NCBI RefSeq assembly: GCF_000012285.1
Contig: NC_007181.1
Location: 1,050,001-1,082,000 of the forward strand
DNA length: 32,000 nt
Origin: Sulfolobus acidocaldarius DSM 639
GTDB taxonomy: Archaea > Thermoproteota > Thermoprotei_A > Sulfolobales > Sulfolobaceae
Direction of reading: 5' to 3'
The translations under genes and the position numbers were made by a program. The notes under the pieces were generated by a model. The model saw only the letters and a list, made by a program, of their open reading frames with translations. It made no database searches and was not told the origin of the DNA. This document shows, in pieces, positions 19,002-29,082 of this stretch. Within the stretch, counting starts at the first letter, position 1, and each line of letters opens with the position of its first letter.

Positions 19002-20189
19002 TTATCCAAATAACGGAACCTTGCTTTTCTTAGGTGGTTTTGGAATAAATGGAACAACTAAGGCAGATATAACTCCAACTATACTTAGTATTTCACTGGC
19101 GAATATTAGATTTGAAACCTGTGATAAAGACCCCATTAATATAGGTCCTATAACGCCTCCTCCTGTAACCCCTAATCCCCAGACTATCGAGTTTGCAAAA
19201 CTCGTTGAATTTCTCGGAACAAAATCCCCTACCAAAGATAACATTAGCGGAAACGCACTAAAAGTAAAAAATCCAAAGATACACAAGAATACTATATTCG
19301 GAATTCGCAAAAATAATAAAAACGAGATTACAGCACCAACTGATGAAATACCATATATTGATCTCCTACCTACCCTATCAGACAAAAGACCTAAAATAGG
19401 TTGACCGACCACAGCTGCTGATAACGCTATACTCAATGCCTCTCCCAAATTAACAGAGTAGGAATAGTCAAAACTTCCCACTAATAATGTAGGAAGAAAC
19501 TGAGATATGCCTTGTGTAAATATACTTCTCAAAAGGGCAGAAATTGTAAGAAGAATTATTGCTACTATTGAAAAACTACTGTTACTCGTGTTTGATTTTA
19601 TATTTGCTGAGTCATCTTTTCTAGTGTCAAGTTGAATATTGGCAAAAAAGGAAGGTAATGATGCTAAAATGGAAATTACACCCAGTATTAATGACGTTAG
19701 AAACATATTCCTATAGAAAAATCCAAATATTGCCAGCATTAATGTAGGATATATAGCCCTGCCTAAACTACCCATGGATCCATTAATCCCTAATGCAGTA
19801 CCTGCATTTCCCTTATATGTTATGGACAATATAGCTGCACCTAAAGGGTGGTAAAATGCCGAAGAGAAGCCTGCTATTGCCACAGCTAGAATCATGAGTG
19901 GAAGAGAATTAATGGAGATTGAACTGCCAAACAGTATCAAGCCAAAACCCCATAATAATATTCCTAGACCCATTATTCTAGCATGAGTATTAGACCTATC
20001 AACAAGTCTAGTAACTAATGGTGAGGCTAGTGCCGAGACTCCGAAAAATATACCGCTCAACACACCTACTAGAAACTTTGAAATATCGAGATATTCTATG
20101 AGAAAAGTAAAGGATACTGGTAGAAACCACGAATTTCCGTCATTTATGAAATGAGATATTGAAGTCAGTGTAAGTATCTTGTACTTCAT
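19002..20189 (-). CDS. MFS transporter
   Basis: 395 aa with about 12 TM segments. The MFS loop motif is LVDRSNTHARIM after TM2, and the second half shows LSDRVGRR. Confidence 0.85.
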   Translation of the reverse strand: MKYKILTLTSISHFINDGNSWFLPVSFTFLIEYLDISKFLVGVLSGIFFGVSALASPLVTRLVDRSNTHARIMGLGILLWGFGLILFGSSISINSLPLMILAVAIAGFSSAFYHPLGAAILSITYKGNAGTALGINGSMGSLGRAIYPTLMLAIFGFFYRNMFLTSLILGVISILASLPSFFANIQLDTRKDDSANIKSNTSNSSFSIVAIILLTISALLRSIFTQGISQFLPTLLVGSFDYSYSVNLGEALSIALSAAVVGQPILGLLSDRVGRRSIYGISSVGAVISFLLFLRIPNIVFLCIFGFFTFSAFPLMLSLVGDFVPRNSTSFANSIVWGLGVTGGGVIGPILMGSLSQVSNLIFASEILSIVGVISALVVPFIPKPPKKSKVPLFG

Positions 20190-20414
20190 AAAATTTTACA
20201 ACATACTAATTGTTAAAAAACCTACCTCTTCCTTAAGCGTAAATATAATGTGAGATACATGTTATGAGGTTACTAATAGTAGTATGCAATGCTAGATACG
20301 TCTCTCTATAAAATAAGAGAATCACATAGAAGGTTAAACCTTATAACATAGATTTTTACTGAGAATGATTTTTTATATAATCAAATATTTTTGTCAGCCA
20401 TATTAATTGTGATT

Positions 20415-20813
20415 ATGCAATCTGTTGAGTATGTTTTTGAGGAAGTTGTTAGGATTTATGATACTGATGCACAAGGAATAGCGCATTATGCATCTTATTA
20501 TAGATTTTTTACGAACACTATTGAAAAGTTCATTCATGAAAAAGTAGGAATACCATATCCTATTGTGAATGATGAATTATGGTTTGTTATGGTAGAGTCA
20601 CATGCTACCTATCACAAACCGGTTAAACTTGGAGATAAACTTACAATATTGTTGACCCCAAAAATCCTATCTAGCAAAGTTATAAAATTCGATCTTAAAA
20701 TTATTAGGAAAGGAGAACTTACTACAGAAGGCAATTTAACTCAAGTTGCAATAAATCCAAAAATTTGGAAAGCCGTCGACATCCCGAATGAAATATTAAG
20801 TAAATTAGCTTAG
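20415..20813 (+). CDS. YbgC/4HBT-type acyl-CoA thioesterase (hotdog fold)
   Basis: The VRIYDTDAQGIAHYASYYRFF motif carries the catalytic Asp of 4HBT class I. The ORF-track start is TTG at 20391; I prefer ATG at 20415 (MQSVEY...), and the start remains uncertain. Confidence 0.8.
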   Translation: MQSVEYVFEEVVRIYDTDAQGIAHYASYYRFFTNTIEKFIHEKVGIPYPIVNDELWFVMVESHATYHKPVKLGDKLTILLTPKILSSKVIKFDLKIIRKGELTTEGNLTQVAINPKIWKAVDIPNEILSKLA

Positions 20814-21069
20814 TAGAATAACCTAAAAATACCTAGGATAACTGGTTTCAATAAACTAAATTAATGATACAAATCATGATAACTGAGTCGAATTCCATTA
20901 AATTATAGAAAAATACAGAAGTAACTTATCACAAATAGTTAATTAATGCGTGAAGTAGATTAGGTCCTAACTTGGGGATTTTTTACACAAACTTTTACTA
21001 AATTTCACACACAACATTACTTATGTCAAATCTACACAAAGAGACTAACTTTCAATTATTGTAAAAGTA

Positions 21070-21144
21070 AGCCGCGGCCGGGATTTGAACCCGGGACCTT
21101 TGCCTTACCAGGGCAACGCTCTAGCCAGGCTGAGCTACCGCGGC
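21070..21144 (-). tRNA. tRNA-Thr (anticodon GGU)
   Basis: The minus strand folds by hand into a cloverleaf: GCCGCGG TA GCTC AGCCTGGCTA GAGC G TTGCC CTGGTAA GGCAA AGGTC CCGGG TTCAAAT CCCGG CCGCGGC. All stems are Watson-Crick. There is no intron and no encoded CCA. Confidence 0.9.
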
Positions 21145-21167
21145 ATATATGAAATAAATTATACATT

Positions 21168-21176
21168 CTTTTTAAG
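21168..21176 (-). promoter_or_regulatory. TATA-like box upstream of tRNA-Thr
   Basis: The minus strand reads CTTAAAAAG, centred about 28 nt upstream of the tRNA 5' end. Confidence 0.4.
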
Positions 21177-21230
21177 TTTTTCACCTTATTTTCAGTCCTC
21201 CGAGACTCTGATATTTTTAGAACAAAGGAT

Positions 21231-21434
21231 ATGCAAGAAGAGGAAATGACAAAGATTGTGAAGAGGGTACTAATGATTGTAAAAGATAATTTACCCACAG
21301 ATTGTGAGGAACTTTTAAATAAAATGGAAAAGAAGTTCTTGAGGGATATTAGAGATCTAGGTACAGAAAAAGCATTTGAAAAATGGTACAAGGACTTTAA
21401 TGACGAGGAAGACGTGGAAATTATAAGTTCTTGA
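21231..21434 (+). CDS. small acidic hypothetical protein
   Basis: 67-aa ORF in otherwise unassigned DNA with a helical E/K-rich composition. Its 3' end overlaps the convergent nucleotidyltransferase gene by 14 nt. No motif supports it. Confidence 0.4.
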   Translation: MQEEEMTKIVKRVLMIVKDNLPTDCEELLNKMEKKFLRDIRDLGTEKAFEKWYKDFNDEEDVEIISS

Positions 21435-22116
21435 AGACTTCAGAAACCTCCTGACCAGCCTCTTCATAGTCCTTTAAAGTGTCGATAGAACGCCAATATA
21501 CGCTATCATAGGTTTTACCAGATAAAATACCCTTTTCAGCCAACAAGGGAAATGTAGTTTTTTCCACATCACCTTTAACTGGTAGAAATTCAAAGATTTG
21601 GGGCTTCATGTAATATATACCTGCATTAATCCAGTAATCCTTTATTATAGGTTTTTCAACGAACTCGATTATTTTTCCACCATCCTTCATTCTAATTATT
21701 CCATAAGGACTTTTAAGTGGTACTAACGCAATTGACGCTAAATCATCAGAATCTTCACTAATCTTCAGTTTATCTAGATCTAAATTTGTAATAATATCGC
21801 CGTTTAAAACGTAAAAGGGCTCTTTTATGAAATCCTCTAATCTCTTTATAGCACCTCCAGTACCAAGGGGCTCGGTCTCCGAAAGGATTGCCAATTTTAC
21901 CTCCAATCTTTCTTGGTTCTTTGATACCCAGTCAAGTAGCACCTCTTTCTTGTATCCAGCTAAAATGTAAACTGATGATATTTTATACCTCTTCAGAAGG
22001 AGGATCTGCCATTCTAAAATAGGTTTACCACCGATCTCAACTAAAGGTTTGGGCTTCTCGTCAGTCAAAGGTCTAAGTCTTTTTCCGTAGCCACCAGCTA
22101 AAATAACAGCTTTCAT
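21421..22116 (-). CDS. sugar-1-phosphate nucleotidyltransferase (NDP-sugar pyrophosphorylase)
   Basis: [25 protein letters not shown] is the signature N-terminus of the G1P thymidylyl/uridylyl/M1P guanylyl-transferase family. The ORF track extends to 22251, but the 45 extra residues precede the universally N-terminal G-x-G-x-R-L loop. A TTTTTATATTTA box lies about 26 nt upstream of ATG 22116. Confidence 0.85.
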   Translation of the reverse strand: MKAVILAGGYGKRLRPLTDEKPKPLVEIGGKPILEWQILLLKRYKISSVYILAGYKKEVLLDWVSKNQERLEVKLAILSETEPLGTGGAIKRLEDFIKEPFYVLNGDIITNLDLDKLKISEDSDDLASIALVPLKSPYGIIRMKDGGKIIEFVEKPIIKDYWINAGIYYMKPQIFEFLPVKGDVEKTTFPLLAEKGILSGKTYDSVYWRSIDTLKDYEEAGQEVSEVFKNL

Positions 22117-22374
22117 ATGATTCTCTATCAATTTAAGACATAAATATAAAAAATTATTCACTATTAGAGAACGTAATAAGGAGATATATGGTGTAGGATA
22201 AAGATTGAAATTTAGTATATACTGAATTAAACTATATGCTGAATTCTCCAAATAACGATAAACTAGAGGATATTAAAAATATCTGAAAACCTTTATATTA
22301 GGTAATTTTAACTGGTAAATTAAGCTTAAAAATAAAAAATCTAATATTATAGAAATTATTACAATATACCTTAC

Positions 22375-22842
22375 TTAACCTCTTACAAGCGCCTCAATGT
22401 TAACTCCTTCTAGCTCTAAGAGTTTCTTTTTGAGCTCAATACCTCTTGAGAATCCACCTAAACCGCTCTCTGCTATGATTCTATGGCAAGGGATAATTAA
22501 AAGAACAGGATTCTTTGATAAAGCCATACCAACAGCTCTAGGTGACGTTTTCAATGTTTCAGCAATCTCTTTATACGTTTTTACTTTCCCCCATCCTATT
22601 CTCCTCACTTCATTAAAGACTCTCCTTCTGAAATTATTCACAAATAGATCTACAGTTTCGTTAAACTCAACTGGTTTTCCTTGGAAATAATTATCGAACT
22701 TATGAAAAAGGTCTGTGAAAGTAGAATTATCCACAAGATTTCTCTCTGCACAATCACAAAAATCCAACATAATTATTCCACGTTCATTTTTAGCCACCGT
22801 AATTGTCCCTAAAGGACTATTATAAACGCCATATACTATCAT
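22375..22842 (-). CDS. ogt: methylated-DNA--protein-cysteine methyltransferase
   Basis: 155 aa with the active-site IPCHRII (PCHR) motif and the preceding HTH region [16 protein letters not shown]. The start ATG overlaps the thrS stop as ATGA. Confidence 0.9.
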   Translation of the reverse strand: MIVYGVYNSPLGTITVAKNERGIIMLDFCDCAERNLVDNSTFTDLFHKFDNYFQGKPVEFNETVDLFVNNFRRRVFNEVRRIGWGKVKTYKEIAETLKTSPRAVGMALSKNPVLLIIPCHRIIAESGLGGFSRGIELKKKLLELEGVNIEALVRG

Positions 22843-24497
22843 TTCAATTTACTTACAGCACTCTGATTCAAATCTTTATTCCTTATCTCTTCAACTAAAG
22901 CTTGGACAAATTTTTCCACATTTATGCCCCTTATCTCTATATTTCCTCTTGCTCTAACAGTAACCTTACCTTCATCTTTCTCCTTTCTTCCCACTATAAT
23001 TAGGTAAGGAACACCATCATCGTATGCTTTCTTAATTCTTTTTGACAAAGTCTCCTCCCCGCTGTCCATATCGACTCTTATTTTATTTTCTCTAAGCTTT
23101 GCCATTAGGGAATTACCGTAATCCTCTATCTCATCGGTAATAGGAAGTACTCTCACCTGTATCGGAGAAAGCCAAGTTGGTAACTTACCCCTAAAATGCT
23201 CTAATAAAATTGCCATAAACCTATCTATAGATCCGTATATTGCCCTGTGAACCATTACAGGTCTTTTTTTACTTCCGTCCTTATCCACATACTCTAGTTT
23301 AAATCTTTCAGGTAAGTTAAAGTCAACCTGAATAGTGGATAATTGCCACCACCTGGATAAACTATCTCTGATGTCGAAATCTATTTTAGGACCATAAAAT
23401 GCTCCCTCTTTTTCTTTAACTTCGTACTTAATGTTAAGCTCGTTCAATGCACTTATCAATGCATCAGTAGCTTTATTCCATTGCTCATCAGTTCCTATAC
23501 TTTCATCAGGTCTTGTGCTTAAATTCACTCTGACATCATCTCCCTTGAAACCAAATATGGCTAGAACATCTAATGTCTTCTTCATTAGTAATTTTATTTC
23601 GTCCTTAATTTGATCTTCTCTAAGGAAGATATGCCCATCGTCCTGAGTGAATCCCCTAACCCTAAGTAGACCATACAATTCACCTTTTTTCTCCCACCTA
23701 TACACATGACCAAATTCAGAAAATCTAATTGGTAAATCCTTATAACTTCTTACCTTACTCTTGTAAATCAATATATGAGCTGGACAATTCATGGGTTTAA
23801 TTCCAAGCTCCTCATCATTATCAATTTCAAAAAGTAACATCTTATCCTTGTAATAGTCATAGTGACCGCTAATCTTCCATAATAAAGACCTGTAAACATG
23901 AGAAGTGTAAACCTCCTTATACCCCATACTATCGTTTATCTCTTCCATGAATCTCATCATTTCCTTCCTTATAATTTGTCCATTTGGATGAAACAGCACA
24001 ACTCCTGGAGGTGCCTCTTCAGGAAAGCTAAACAGGTCTAGTCTATCACCTATAATTCTATGGTCGTATTCTGATACTTTCTCCAACCAATTGAGATAGT
24101 CCTTTAATTGTTCCTCCTTTTCAAATCCAACACCTAACACTCGAACATACTGTTTCTCGGGTGAGGGATGATGAACAGATATACTCAATATCTGAAAGTA
24201 TTTAGGGTGGACATTTTGATTTGGTTTACCCCCATTTAGCTTTATTTGATGCCCATTGTAAACTACAGTAATTGAGCCCCGATTGTCCTCTACTAACTGG
24301 TAGTCGTATTGATTATACTTAGCGAAATCCTTTGCTTCATCTAGAGTTAGTATATCAGGAGAGTCAATATCCACATAAAAGTATCTTTCACCTAGTCCTA
24401 TTTCAACAGGTTTCAAATTACCGGATGAAAGCAAATTTAACGCGTATATCAAACCTGCTTTTAACCATACCTCTTTATAACTTTCCATGTTAGGCAT
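22839..24497 (-). CDS. thrS: threonine--tRNA ligase, catalytic form lacking the editing domain (ThrRS-cat)
   Basis: Class II motifs are present ([31 protein letters not shown]), with a C-terminal anticodon-binding domain. The N-terminal roughly 150 aa do not resemble an editing domain. The ORF-track start at 24650 would overlap the divergent gene; I prefer ATG at 24497 (MPNMESYK...) or 24488. Confidence 0.9.
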   Translation of the reverse strand: MPNMESYKEVWLKAGLIYALNLLSSGNLKPVEIGLGERYFYVDIDSPDILTLDEAKDFAKYNQYDYQLVEDNRGSITVVYNGHQIKLNGGKPNQNVHPKYFQILSISVHHPSPEKQYVRVLGVGFEKEEQLKDYLNWLEKVSEYDHRIIGDRLDLFSFPEEAPPGVVLFHPNGQIIRKEMMRFMEEINDSMGYKEVYTSHVYRSLLWKISGHYDYYKDKMLLFEIDNDEELGIKPMNCPAHILIYKSKVRSYKDLPIRFSEFGHVYRWEKKGELYGLLRVRGFTQDDGHIFLREDQIKDEIKLLMKKTLDVLAIFGFKGDDVRVNLSTRPDESIGTDEQWNKATDALISALNELNIKYEVKEKEGAFYGPKIDFDIRDSLSRWWQLSTIQVDFNLPERFKLEYVDKDGSKKRPVMVHRAIYGSIDRFMAILLEHFRGKLPTWLSPIQVRVLPITDEIEDYGNSLMAKLRENKIRVDMDSGEETLSKRIKKAYDDGVPYLIIVGRKEKDEGKVTVRARGNIEIRGINVEKFVQALVEEIRNKDLNQSAVSKLK

Positions 24498-24525
24498 TTT
24501 ATCTAAAAGTGAATAATATACTTTA

Positions 24526-25509
24526 ATGATCGACAACCCATTACTGATTATCGCCAGTGGAGGAGGGCACACTGGCTTCGCTAGAGCTATTGCTGAATAT
24601 CTTCCTTTTAAACCAGATTTTGTAATACCCGAAAATGACCGATTTAGCAAAGATATGTTACTCGATTACGCTAGAAAATTATACTATGTAAAAAAGGGAA
24701 AGGATCCTGGACAAGGAAATATAGTATTAATGAGAAACTTTCTGAAAATCATTATTGAAAGTGGTAAGATACCGAAATATTTAGCCACCATAGCAACGGG
24801 CTCAAACCATTCTCTTATTCCTGCTATGTTTCAGAAAATAAAGGGAAGTGCACTTTATGTAACAGAGAGCCAAGACAGAATTATTACAAGAGGTAAAACA
24901 GTATCTGTACTCTCTAAATTTTCCCGTCATGTTTTCTTACATTGGAATGAACAAAAAGGGTTATACGATAATGGAGTAGTAGTTGGTCCTATAGTAGAAA
25001 AGCCTAAGTATAAATCGGAAAATAAGGGTTACATACTTGTTACCACAGGGAGTATGGGATTTAAAAAACTATTCGATTCCCTACTTAATTTAAGGGGGAA
25101 TTATAAGTTTGTGATACAGACAGGTAAAGTTGATCCAACCCCTTACATAGAAAAGAAGCCTGATTGGTCGTTCTTCTCTTTTGACAAAGACATTGAAAGA
25201 TATATTGCGAATGCTGAGTTAGTTATAACACATCAGGGTAAAACTGCAATGGAATCAGTTGTAATGTACGGTAAGCCTACAATAATAGTTTATAACAAAG
25301 ACTGGAAAAGTGCAACAACTAAACAGGACACAATTCTGTATTCTAAAATACTAGGAGCCACATTTTTAGACGATCCCTCGACCTGGGACAGTATTAAAGT
25401 ACTAGAAGATAGTATCCAAAATGTTAGAAAACCTAACCAATTCGAAATAGGTACACCAAAGCTAATAGATATAATTTTAAGTGAATTAGCAGAATTTCTT
25501 AGAGAGTGA
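24526..25509 (+). CDS. agl24: GT28/MurG-Alg13/14-like N-acetylglucosaminyltransferase, Agl24-like
   Basis: 327 aa. The N-terminal loop is [12 protein letters not shown] (GGxGGH-type), and the C-terminal half carries [11 protein letters not shown]. Size, motif and context match my recollection of Agl24 (Saci_1262), the dolichyl-PP-GlcNAc GlcNAc-transferase of S. acidocaldarius. Confidence 0.7.
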   Translation: MIDNPLLIIASGGGHTGFARAIAEYLPFKPDFVIPENDRFSKDMLLDYARKLYYVKKGKDPGQGNIVLMRNFLKIIIESGKIPKYLATIATGSNHSLIPAMFQKIKGSALYVTESQDRIITRGKTVSVLSKFSRHVFLHWNEQKGLYDNGVVVGPIVEKPKYKSENKGYILVTTGSMGFKKLFDSLLNLRGNYKFVIQTGKVDPTPYIEKKPDWSFFSFDKDIERYIANAELVITHQGKTAMESVVMYGKPTIIVYNKDWKSATTKQDTILYSKILGATFLDDPSTWDSIKVLEDSIQNVRKPNQFEIGTPKLIDIILSELAEFLRE

Positions 25510-26225
25510 TGAGACGAGCGCTAACAGAGAGAGTGAAGAGGTCACTGCGAACTGAAGAAATATTTCTTATACTAGAAAAAAATAAGGATTTACTTTCAAA
25601 TGTGGGATGGATAGTGAGTGATCCTTCCTCTCCGCGATGGTGGGACGGATTAGAGACCATAGATGATATACTAGTCTCCTCTATCTTAGTTCAATTGACT
25701 AGATGGGAAACAGTGAGGGAAGTTCTTAAAAAATTAAAAGAGAGAGGTATAAGAAGAATTGAAGACCTCGCCTCCTTGGAAGAAAGTGAAATAGAAGAAT
25801 TAATTAAGAAAGTTAACTTTAGGAGGGCAAAGGCTAAAAGATTAAAAAACCTCGCCATGCTAGTGAAAGAAATAGGAATTCATCGCCTAGTTGTTTCCCC
25901 GGAATTATTATCCAATATAGAGGGAATTGGTGACGAGACAAAAGAAGCCATACTACTATTCGCAGGGAATATACCACTTTTTCCAAGATCGGAATACTCT
26001 AAACGAGTTTTAAGTAGACTCGCTGGTATTAGACTGAGCAAAAATGATGCCAGACTCTTGGGAGAATATATTTGTGGTCACGATTTATACAAAATAAAAT
26101 TATTTCATGCAGGAATAGTTTCCGTAGGAAAGTCTTTTTGCAGTAATCAAAACCCAAAATGCAACAGTTGTATATTTAAGGAGATCTGTAAATATAATTC
26201 CGTGAAACGACTTGAAACTGTATGA
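25506..26225 (+). CDS. HhH-GPD superfamily protein with [4Fe-4S] cluster loop (endonuclease III-like)
   Basis: The helix-hairpin-helix is [18 protein letters not shown]. The C-terminal cluster motif is C-x6-C-x2-C-x5-C ([17 protein letters not shown]). The start is GTG 25506 or ATG 25509, overlapping the agl24-like stop (GTGATGA). Confidence 0.8.
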   Translation: MMRRALTERVKRSLRTEEIFLILEKNKDLLSNVGWIVSDPSSPRWWDGLETIDDILVSSILVQLTRWETVREVLKKLKERGIRRIEDLASLEESEIEELIKKVNFRRAKAKRLKNLAMLVKEIGIHRLVVSPELLSNIEGIGDETKEAILLFAGNIPLFPRSEYSKRVLSRLAGIRLSKNDARLLGEYICGHDLYKIKLFHAGIVSVGKSFCSNQNPKCNSCIFKEICKYNSVKRLETV

Positions 26226-27225
26226 GTATGAGGGAAAGGAGCTATTTAAGGCTGTAGGTATTCCAATACCTAAAGGAGTTGTAACGGATTCTCCTATAAA
26301 GTGGGATGGTAAAGCTGTAGTGAAGGCGCAACTACTGGAAGGAGCTAGAGGAAAAAGGGGTCTTGTTAAAGTTACTGATAACGTAGAACAGACTATTGCA
26401 GAAATGAAAAAATTGGGCATTCAAAAGTTTCTAGTGGAAGAATTTATTCCGCACACCAGAGAGCTATATATATCAGCTCTTATTGATAGGGATACAGCTG
26501 AGCCGATTATCGCTGCTTCTACAGAAGGAGGAATCGATATAGAGAGCAATAGTAATGTTAAAATATTTCACATACCCATGGAGAGAGGCATAAGGAGTTA
26601 CGACGTCTATAATATAGAAAAATACTTAGGTGTAAAAGGAATAGAACCTATCTTAAAAGGACTTTACAGGCTTATCACCGAATTCGACGCTGAACTTGCC
26701 GAGATTAATCCATTGGCAGTAACGAATGACGGTAAAATAATAGCATTGGACTCAAAGGTCATTCTTGAGGATAACGCGCTATTTAGACATGAAGACTTAA
26801 TACAGAAATTAGGAAGAAAACCCGCAGAATCAAACTATGTGGAGCTAGACGGTGATGTTGGAATAATTGGTAATGGGGCAGGATTAACTATGGCTACAAT
26901 GGACATGGTCAAAATTATGGGTGGGAATCCTGCAGACTTCTTTGACATAGGAGGTGGAGCAGGAAGAGAGAGAGTTAAGGAAGCTATTATAAATATTGCG
27001 TCTAACAAGAAAGTAAAGAAAATTGTTATGAACATATACTCTGGTATAACAAGATGTGACGAAGTAGCTATGGGGATAGTTGAAGCTTTAAAAATCGTGA
27101 AAATCCCCATTTACGTTAGATTAGTTGGGACAAATGAGGAAGAAGGGAGAAGAATTTTAAGGGAGAATGGGATACCCGTATATGAAGATGCAAGAAGTTG
27201 TATAGGTGATGCTCTACGCTCATAA
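26212..27225 (+). CDS. sucC: succinate--CoA ligase (ADP-forming) beta subunit
   Basis: [12 protein letters not shown] is the classic SucC N-terminus (TTG start). An ATP-grasp region follows, then [12 protein letters not shown] and FFDIGGGA motifs. It overlaps the upstream gene by 14 nt. Confidence 0.9.
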   Translation: MKLYEYEGKELFKAVGIPIPKGVVTDSPIKWDGKAVVKAQLLEGARGKRGLVKVTDNVEQTIAEMKKLGIQKFLVEEFIPHTRELYISALIDRDTAEPIIAASTEGGIDIESNSNVKIFHIPMERGIRSYDVYNIEKYLGVKGIEPILKGLYRLITEFDAELAEINPLAVTNDGKIIALDSKVILEDNALFRHEDLIQKLGRKPAESNYVELDGDVGIIGNGAGLTMATMDMVKIMGGNPADFFDIGGGAGRERVKEAIINIASNKKVKKIVMNIYSGITRCDEVAMGIVEALKIVKIPIYVRLVGTNEEEGRRILRENGIPVYEDARSCIGDALRS

Positions 27226-28061
27226 ATAAGAACACAAGAGTTCTAGTTCAAGGGATAACTGGAAGAGAAGGGTCTTTCCATACAGAGAGAATGCTCAAAT
27301 ACGGAACAAAAATCGTTGCAGGAGTTACTCCAGGAAAGGGAGGAACAAAAGTTAACAACGTTCCTGTTTATGATACAGTTGCAGACGCAGTTAAAGAACA
27401 TGAAATAGATGCAAGTATAATATTTGTCCCTGCAAAATTCGCAACTGATGCAGTATATGAAGCCATAGATAACGGTATAAAGCTCATAGTAGTGATAACT
27501 GAGCATATACCAGTCCTTGACATGTTAAGAATATCTAAGTATGCTAAATTAAAGGGTACTAGAATTATTGGACCTAACTGTCCTGGTTTAATAGTTCCGG
27601 ATGAAGCCTTACTGGGAATACTACCGCCCAGACCCTTTAGGAAAGGAAAGATTGGAATAGTTTCTAGATCCGGTACATTAACCTACGAGATATCTGAGAC
27701 CATAAAGCATATCGGACAGTCAACAGTCATAGGAATAGGAGGAGATCCAATAATAGGAACAACTATGGACGAAGTAGTTCAGATGTTTGACCAAGACCCT
27801 GAAACTGAAGAGATTATTGTAATAGGAGAAATAGGAGGTACTATGGAGGAAAGAGTTGCCAAGCTCAAGAAAGAAGGGAAAATTAAGAAGAAAATGATTG
27901 CTTATATTGCAGGAATGACAGCACCAAGAGAGAAAAGAATGGGACATGCAGGAGCAGTAGTTTATATGGGTATGGGTACATTTGATAGTAAAATAAATGC
28001 CTTCAAGAATGCTGGAATACCAGTTGCTAAAACACCTTACGAAATCTTAGAACTATTATAG
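27222..28061 (+). CDS. sucD: succinate--CoA ligase alpha subunit (start codon unresolved)
   Basis: Motifs are [14 protein letters not shown] (CoA-binding loop), [21 protein letters not shown] and the phosphohistidine loop MGHAGA. The conserved sequence begins upstream of the first canonical start, ATG 27291. The frame is open only from 27210 and contains no ATG/GTG/TTG before 27291 (see findings). Confidence 0.85.
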   Translation: MNKNTRVLVQGITGREGSFHTERMLKYGTKIVAGVTPGKGGTKVNNVPVYDTVADAVKEHEIDASIIFVPAKFATDAVYEAIDNGIKLIVVITEHIPVLDMLRISKYAKLKGTRIIGPNCPGLIVPDEALLGILPPRPFRKGKIGIVSRSGTLTYEISETIKHIGQSTVIGIGGDPIIGTTMDEVVQMFDQDPETEEIIVIGEIGGTMEERVAKLKKEGKIKKKMIAYIAGMTAPREKRMGHAGAVVYMGMGTFDSKINAFKNAGIPVAKTPYEILELL

Positions 28062-29067
28062 CAACAACCAATACTATAACTACTCCTATAATAATAAGAT
28101 ATAAGCTTAAGGGCGTATTTTTATTTCCTGTTTCCCCTGTAACTTTTACTCCATATAGAGGATTATTTCCGTTATTCAGAAATACTGTTATATTACCACC
28201 AGTAGGGAAAAAAATAACAATGTATTTCCCAATCGTATCTATTGTGAAAGGAGTGGTAGAATTATAATATTTAGGTGTAAAGTAAGTTCCATAATAAGTT
28301 AGAGTGCCGTTAAGATAAAAGTAATAATAATTGGTCTGATTAATTATAACTTCTCCAATCGGTCTCACGATGCTGTAAGCTGAAGGTATAATTATAGTGG
28401 TAAACCCTTTTGATAAGATACTCAGATATGCTATAGATATCTCCTTACTAACATACATATTTGAGCCTGATATCTTAGCCTCAGGGGAGACTAGATATAA
28501 TGTATAACTTAAAGCAGAGGGGTTAGGCATAAAACTCACGTTTAATGTGTACATGTTTGCATTACTTACGAAACTTGGTAAGTTCTTGTAGCTATTTAGT
28601 GATATTGATACATTTAAGGTACCAGCTGAAGGACCTGCATAGTTCTTGGCAAATCCTTGTAGCATTACACCGTATTGAGCTGAAACAGTTAGATAATTAT
28701 CGCCATTGTAGAATTTTATTGCAGGAATCTGGTTACCTCCTAGATTATAAGTAGTTAACGTGACATTATTGAAAAGGAGGATGTATGCTAAGGTAGATGG
28801 ATTACTATGATAAAATATATAATATAGATCTGGTACCTGAAAATTTTTATGAAATGTTGAGTAATCATATTTATTTACGTACTCATAGAGATTAGAATAA
28901 CTCCAGTTCAGAAACACACTTACATTATATTCAGTCCCTGTGGATGTCGCATTAAGTACATAATGATAGATATTCGCTGTACCATTTCCTATGGCATAGG
29001 AACTTAATGTGTAAGATAAGAAACTTCCTGATGCTAATAGAACGAAAAGTATGGGGAGGAACTGCAT
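28027..29067 (-). CDS. predicted surface-anchored glycoprotein (signal peptide, 11 N-glycosylation sequons, C-terminal TM)
   Basis: 346 aa. The N-terminal hydrophobic leader is [15 protein letters not shown]. The body is N/Y/S/T-rich with 11 N-x-S/T sequons counted by hand. The C-terminal anchor is [19 protein letters not shown] followed by RFRK. Confidence 0.65.
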   Translation of the reverse strand: MQFLPILFVLLASGSFLSYTLSSYAIGNGTANIYHYVLNATSTGTEYNVSVFLNWSYSNLYEYVNKYDYSTFHKNFQVPDLYYIFYHSNPSTLAYILLFNNVTLTTYNLGGNQIPAIKFYNGDNYLTVSAQYGVMLQGFAKNYAGPSAGTLNVSISLNSYKNLPSFVSNANMYTLNVSFMPNPSALSYTLYLVSPEAKISGSNMYVSKEISIAYLSILSKGFTTIIIPSAYSIVRPIGEVIINQTNYYYFYLNGTLTYYGTYFTPKYYNSTTPFTIDTIGKYIVIFFPTGGNITVFLNNGNNPLYGVKVTGETGNKNTPLSLYLIIIGVVIVLVVAIIVLRFRKVF

Positions 29068-29082
29068 TGGAGGACCCTCTCA

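Noticed and set aside
21056-21391. 111-aa minus-strand ORF spanning the tRNA-Thr gene.
   Set aside because: Its C-terminal part is simply the translation of the tRNA sequence (…GSSAWLERCPGKAKVPGSNPGRG…). The tRNA cloverleaf is perfect, so the ORF is spurious.
21070-24497. tRNA-Thr lying about 1.7 kb from the threonyl-tRNA synthetase gene as a possible functional linkage.
   Set aside because: They are separated by two unrelated genes and an independent tRNA promoter, with no T-box-like or shared regulatory element. Coincidence is the most likely explanation.
24498-24650. 51-codon N-terminal extension of the thrS ORF, and likewise the 45-codon extension of the nucleotidyltransferase ORF at 22117-22251.
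   Set aside because: The extensions overlap the divergent gene or promoter region and lack conservation-like features. They precede sequence motifs that are N-terminal in these families, and internal ATGs have TATA-like boxes at about -26.
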